Origin: Antedon mediterranea
Lineage: Eukaryota; Animalia; Echinodermata
Direction of reading: 5' to 3'
NCBI RefSeq assembly: GCF_964355755.1
Contig: NC_092670.1
Location: forward strand, 31,174,388-31,238,387
Length of the DNA stretch: 64,000 bases
Shown: positions 61,246-64,000 of the stretch, in pieces
Layout of the letters: each line of letters begins with the position of its first letter
Position numbering within the stretch: position 1 is the stretch's first letter
Notes under the pieces: model-generated
Told to the model about the DNA's origin: nothing
Seen by the model: the letters and a program-made list of their open reading frames with translations, nothing else
Databases searched by the model: none
Translations under genes and position numbers: made by a program

Positions 61246-62759
61246 GTTTAATGTACCCCTAAAGCGTGAATTTCAAAATGGCTGCCAGCCTATTAAAACA
61301 TATAGGCCAAACTATAAAAACGGTCATTCTTGCCATCTAATTAGTTAAATAGGTTTAATTATGAATAATTACTAAAATATATATGTTAGTCATCTATAGA
61401 AAATACATTTTTAGTGTATACCAAAAATTGAATTTGTAATGTCATATTTTAATAATGTTAAAATTATTGGGGTAAGTGGTCCAACCATTTTGGCTTTAAC
61501 TTTATTAAACACTCTAAAACAGTTAGTTATGGTGTCATATGCAATTATGAATTATTATTATTATTTAATTATGATCTTTTTGTTTGTTTTATGTATTAAT
61601 TTTAATTATTTAAAAAAATGTCTATACATATTTCAGTATGGTTAGAACATACAAGGACATAGAGTCAAAATGTGAATGCAGTGGAGGCAGTAAAGAATGG
61701 GGAACTGAGTTGTGAAGCAGCAAAGCGCTACGGTGTACCAGACAAAACAGACCTGTATTACCACTGAGTGAATATAGCAATGATGATGACACTACACTTG
61801 CGCAAAATGCAACATATTTTGACAATGGATCGTGGACATCATGTCGCTCATGTAGTGCATGGTATCATGATGAATGTACTCCATGGAGAGGACAGATGCA
61901 TACATTTATTTGCACAAACTGTATAAATGAATATGGGTATGATGATGATATCGAATGAACTTGCAATTGTCAAAACCCATGAATAATACTGTGAAAAACT
62001 TTTGCGTATGATAAGCTATGTTTTAAACATGAAAAATTGAAGTTTAAATATGTAATTATTTTATTAAATGTCATGTACAGTTCATGACTTGCTTTTGTAA
62101 ATATGTTATGATAAATAAAAAACAATATTCTGTCATCAAAAATTGTTTCTTTATGTATTTTGTATATTGGTCCAGTTACCCCACTGACGGGGCAAGTGGT
62201 CCAGCAGAGCAGTCGTCACAAATTAATTCAAATTAATTAATTCAAAATAATTAATCCAAAATAACTTTTGGATATAAGTAACCAAGTATATAGACCATCT
62301 AATCATGGTATTTATATTAAGTTTTACTACCACTGGCTGTATTTATTTTATGATAACTCACTAATTGGACCACTTACCCCATCCTCCCCTACATATTTTT
62401 GGAAAGCTTAGAGAGTATAAACGTGTACTGCCCTTGGTGAAGAAAGTCTTGAAGATGAGTTTTTCATAAATGTTTAATGTCCCAATGCATTATGTACATC
62501 GAACGAATACCCATTGAAAAGTTAAACAATCAAATGCATTGACTTCTTACCGAAGTAAAAAAAGATTTTAATTGAGTTACTCATCATACAACATGCGACG
62601 AATGCACGACATGTTATGCCTCTTCATTTGATTGCGCGCCCGGGATCAGCTCGTTCGGCAATTCAAACAGACGGTGTATGTATCTACATGAACATTCTAG
62701 AATAAATGTGTGTTTAGATTTAAGAAACATACGGTTTTTAGAAATATAATGTATTTCTA

Positions 62760-63341
62760 AACGGGTATGATAATTTTCTTTTATTATCCCTAACACGATG
62801 TTCTCGAAAAAAAAAAAAAAAAATTGACCATAACGTGTCACCTCACCCTAAACGGTATACATTCTTTTAGTTATAGTTTTTCTCTAACACGATGTATTCG
62901 ATAATGAACCCTGATTAAAAAAACAAACAAAAGTGTATTCGAAGTTATACTAAACGGTATATTAATAGAAGACAAAGTGTTTGTTATCGATGAAGGGATA
63001 ATGAATTGATATTATTATAATTTAAACGGCGTGTATAGTATTTTGTAGTCCTGATAACGAATACAATAAGTAGTGCGCCCTCTATTGGCAGATAATATAC
63101 CTTCGTTATACGCCGCGTGACAGACAATAATTATACTGTGTTTCTAAATGGGTATATTTTAGTTTTATTATAGAAATTCTGTAACGCGATGTTGTCGATA
63201 AAGGGATAATGAATTGATAAAGGGATAATGAATTGATAAAGAGATAATGAATTGATAAAAGGATAATGGATTGATAATTAAGTGAGAAGTATAAGGAATG
63301 ATCTAGAAGGTTATGAACATAATTTTGTATAAGGGGATGTA
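62760..63341 (+). repeat. Dispersed repeat R, copy 2
   Basis: Matches 58230-58700. Confidence 0.8.
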
Positions 63342-63347
63342 TGTTCT

Positions 63348-64000
63348 GGGTGTCACGAAAGCTCAGACCACGAAAGCTCAGACCCCCTAAGACCTAAGAT
63401 CACGAAAGCTAAGACCCAACACCTAAGATTACAAATATTTATCTTTCGCACCTGCCTTGTATTTTAACTCCCAACATTTATTCTGAATACCACACCTTAG
63501 AATTGGCACTTTCATGAAAAAGAATCACATAAAAAGTAACAAATACATTTTTAAATTGATGATTTTACAGACGTTTTTCTCGCACACAAAATGACTAGCC
63601 TACAGTACAGTAGGCCTACCCCATGGGCCATGTTCAATGTTTTTGTTTCTATGGAACGTCAAAAGAGCAAAAATTATATAGAGGGCTGAAAACTCTGTGG
63701 AGTCCATCTACAGTGTGGATGGAACAATGTAAAATTAAAATTGTAATGATAATAGTATAATCATGCAAGTACGAAGAAATAAATACTGGCAAATAAATTT
63801 TAATTTAAAAATCATGATAAGTTTTTTTGTTTCGTTTTCTTTCTGTTTTTATACTTGTACTATTATTGTTGCTCTTTTGGCGCTCCATAGAAACAAAAAC
63901 ATTGAGCAGCTCGAGGAGTTACATTGTCATTACAGTATACAGTATACAAAGAAACACATCTGTAAAATCATCAATTTAAAGGATTTATTTATTTGTTATT
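63348..64000. mobile_element. Second member of the GGGTGTCACGAAA TIR family (runs off window)
   Basis: Terminus and body similar to 28671-29050. Confidence 0.6.

Larger units (their letters stand above)
58897..62389 (+). mobile_element. Internally deleted pogo/Fot1-like DNA transposon
   Basis: TIR GGGGAGGATGGGGTAAGTGGT flanked by TA. Remnant start MVRTYK (~61638) and C-terminal PHD WTSCRSCSAWYHDEC..FICTNC (~61830-61930); no DDE core. Confidence 0.78.

Overview
AT-rich, repeat-dense animal genomic DNA, not prokaryotic: it has GT-AG introns, LINEs, LTR retrotransposons and a Deu/Nin-type SINE, which suggests an invertebrate, possibly a deuterostome (inference). 1-20.3 kb is a multi-layer transposon nest. 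A Helitron holds a KolobokP-like element (P2X7-ballast gene). Inside that are four Helentron-type non-autonomous copies nested Russian-doll style in each other's microsatellite. These carry an internally deleted CsRn1-type Gypsy and a 9.4 kb AcademX transposon, whose ~1722-aa transposase-XPG-Cys8 ORF is split by a truncated LINE. 27.4-42.9 kb holds an apparently intact 8-exon minus-strand gene (~476 aa secreted PAN/EGF-like protein) that the ORF track misses; its introns are full of TEs. One of these is a young LTR element that encodes only Gag, a UGA-CUAG readthrough protease and the integrase C-terminal domain. Further right are a TA-microsatellite palindromic element carrying tRNA-like genes, a full-length CR1, Ly6/mucin-like exon relics, an intronless TNIP2-like relic in a repeat-punctuated cassette, and nested pogo and Merlin-like elements. 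All calls were made by eye with no database searches.
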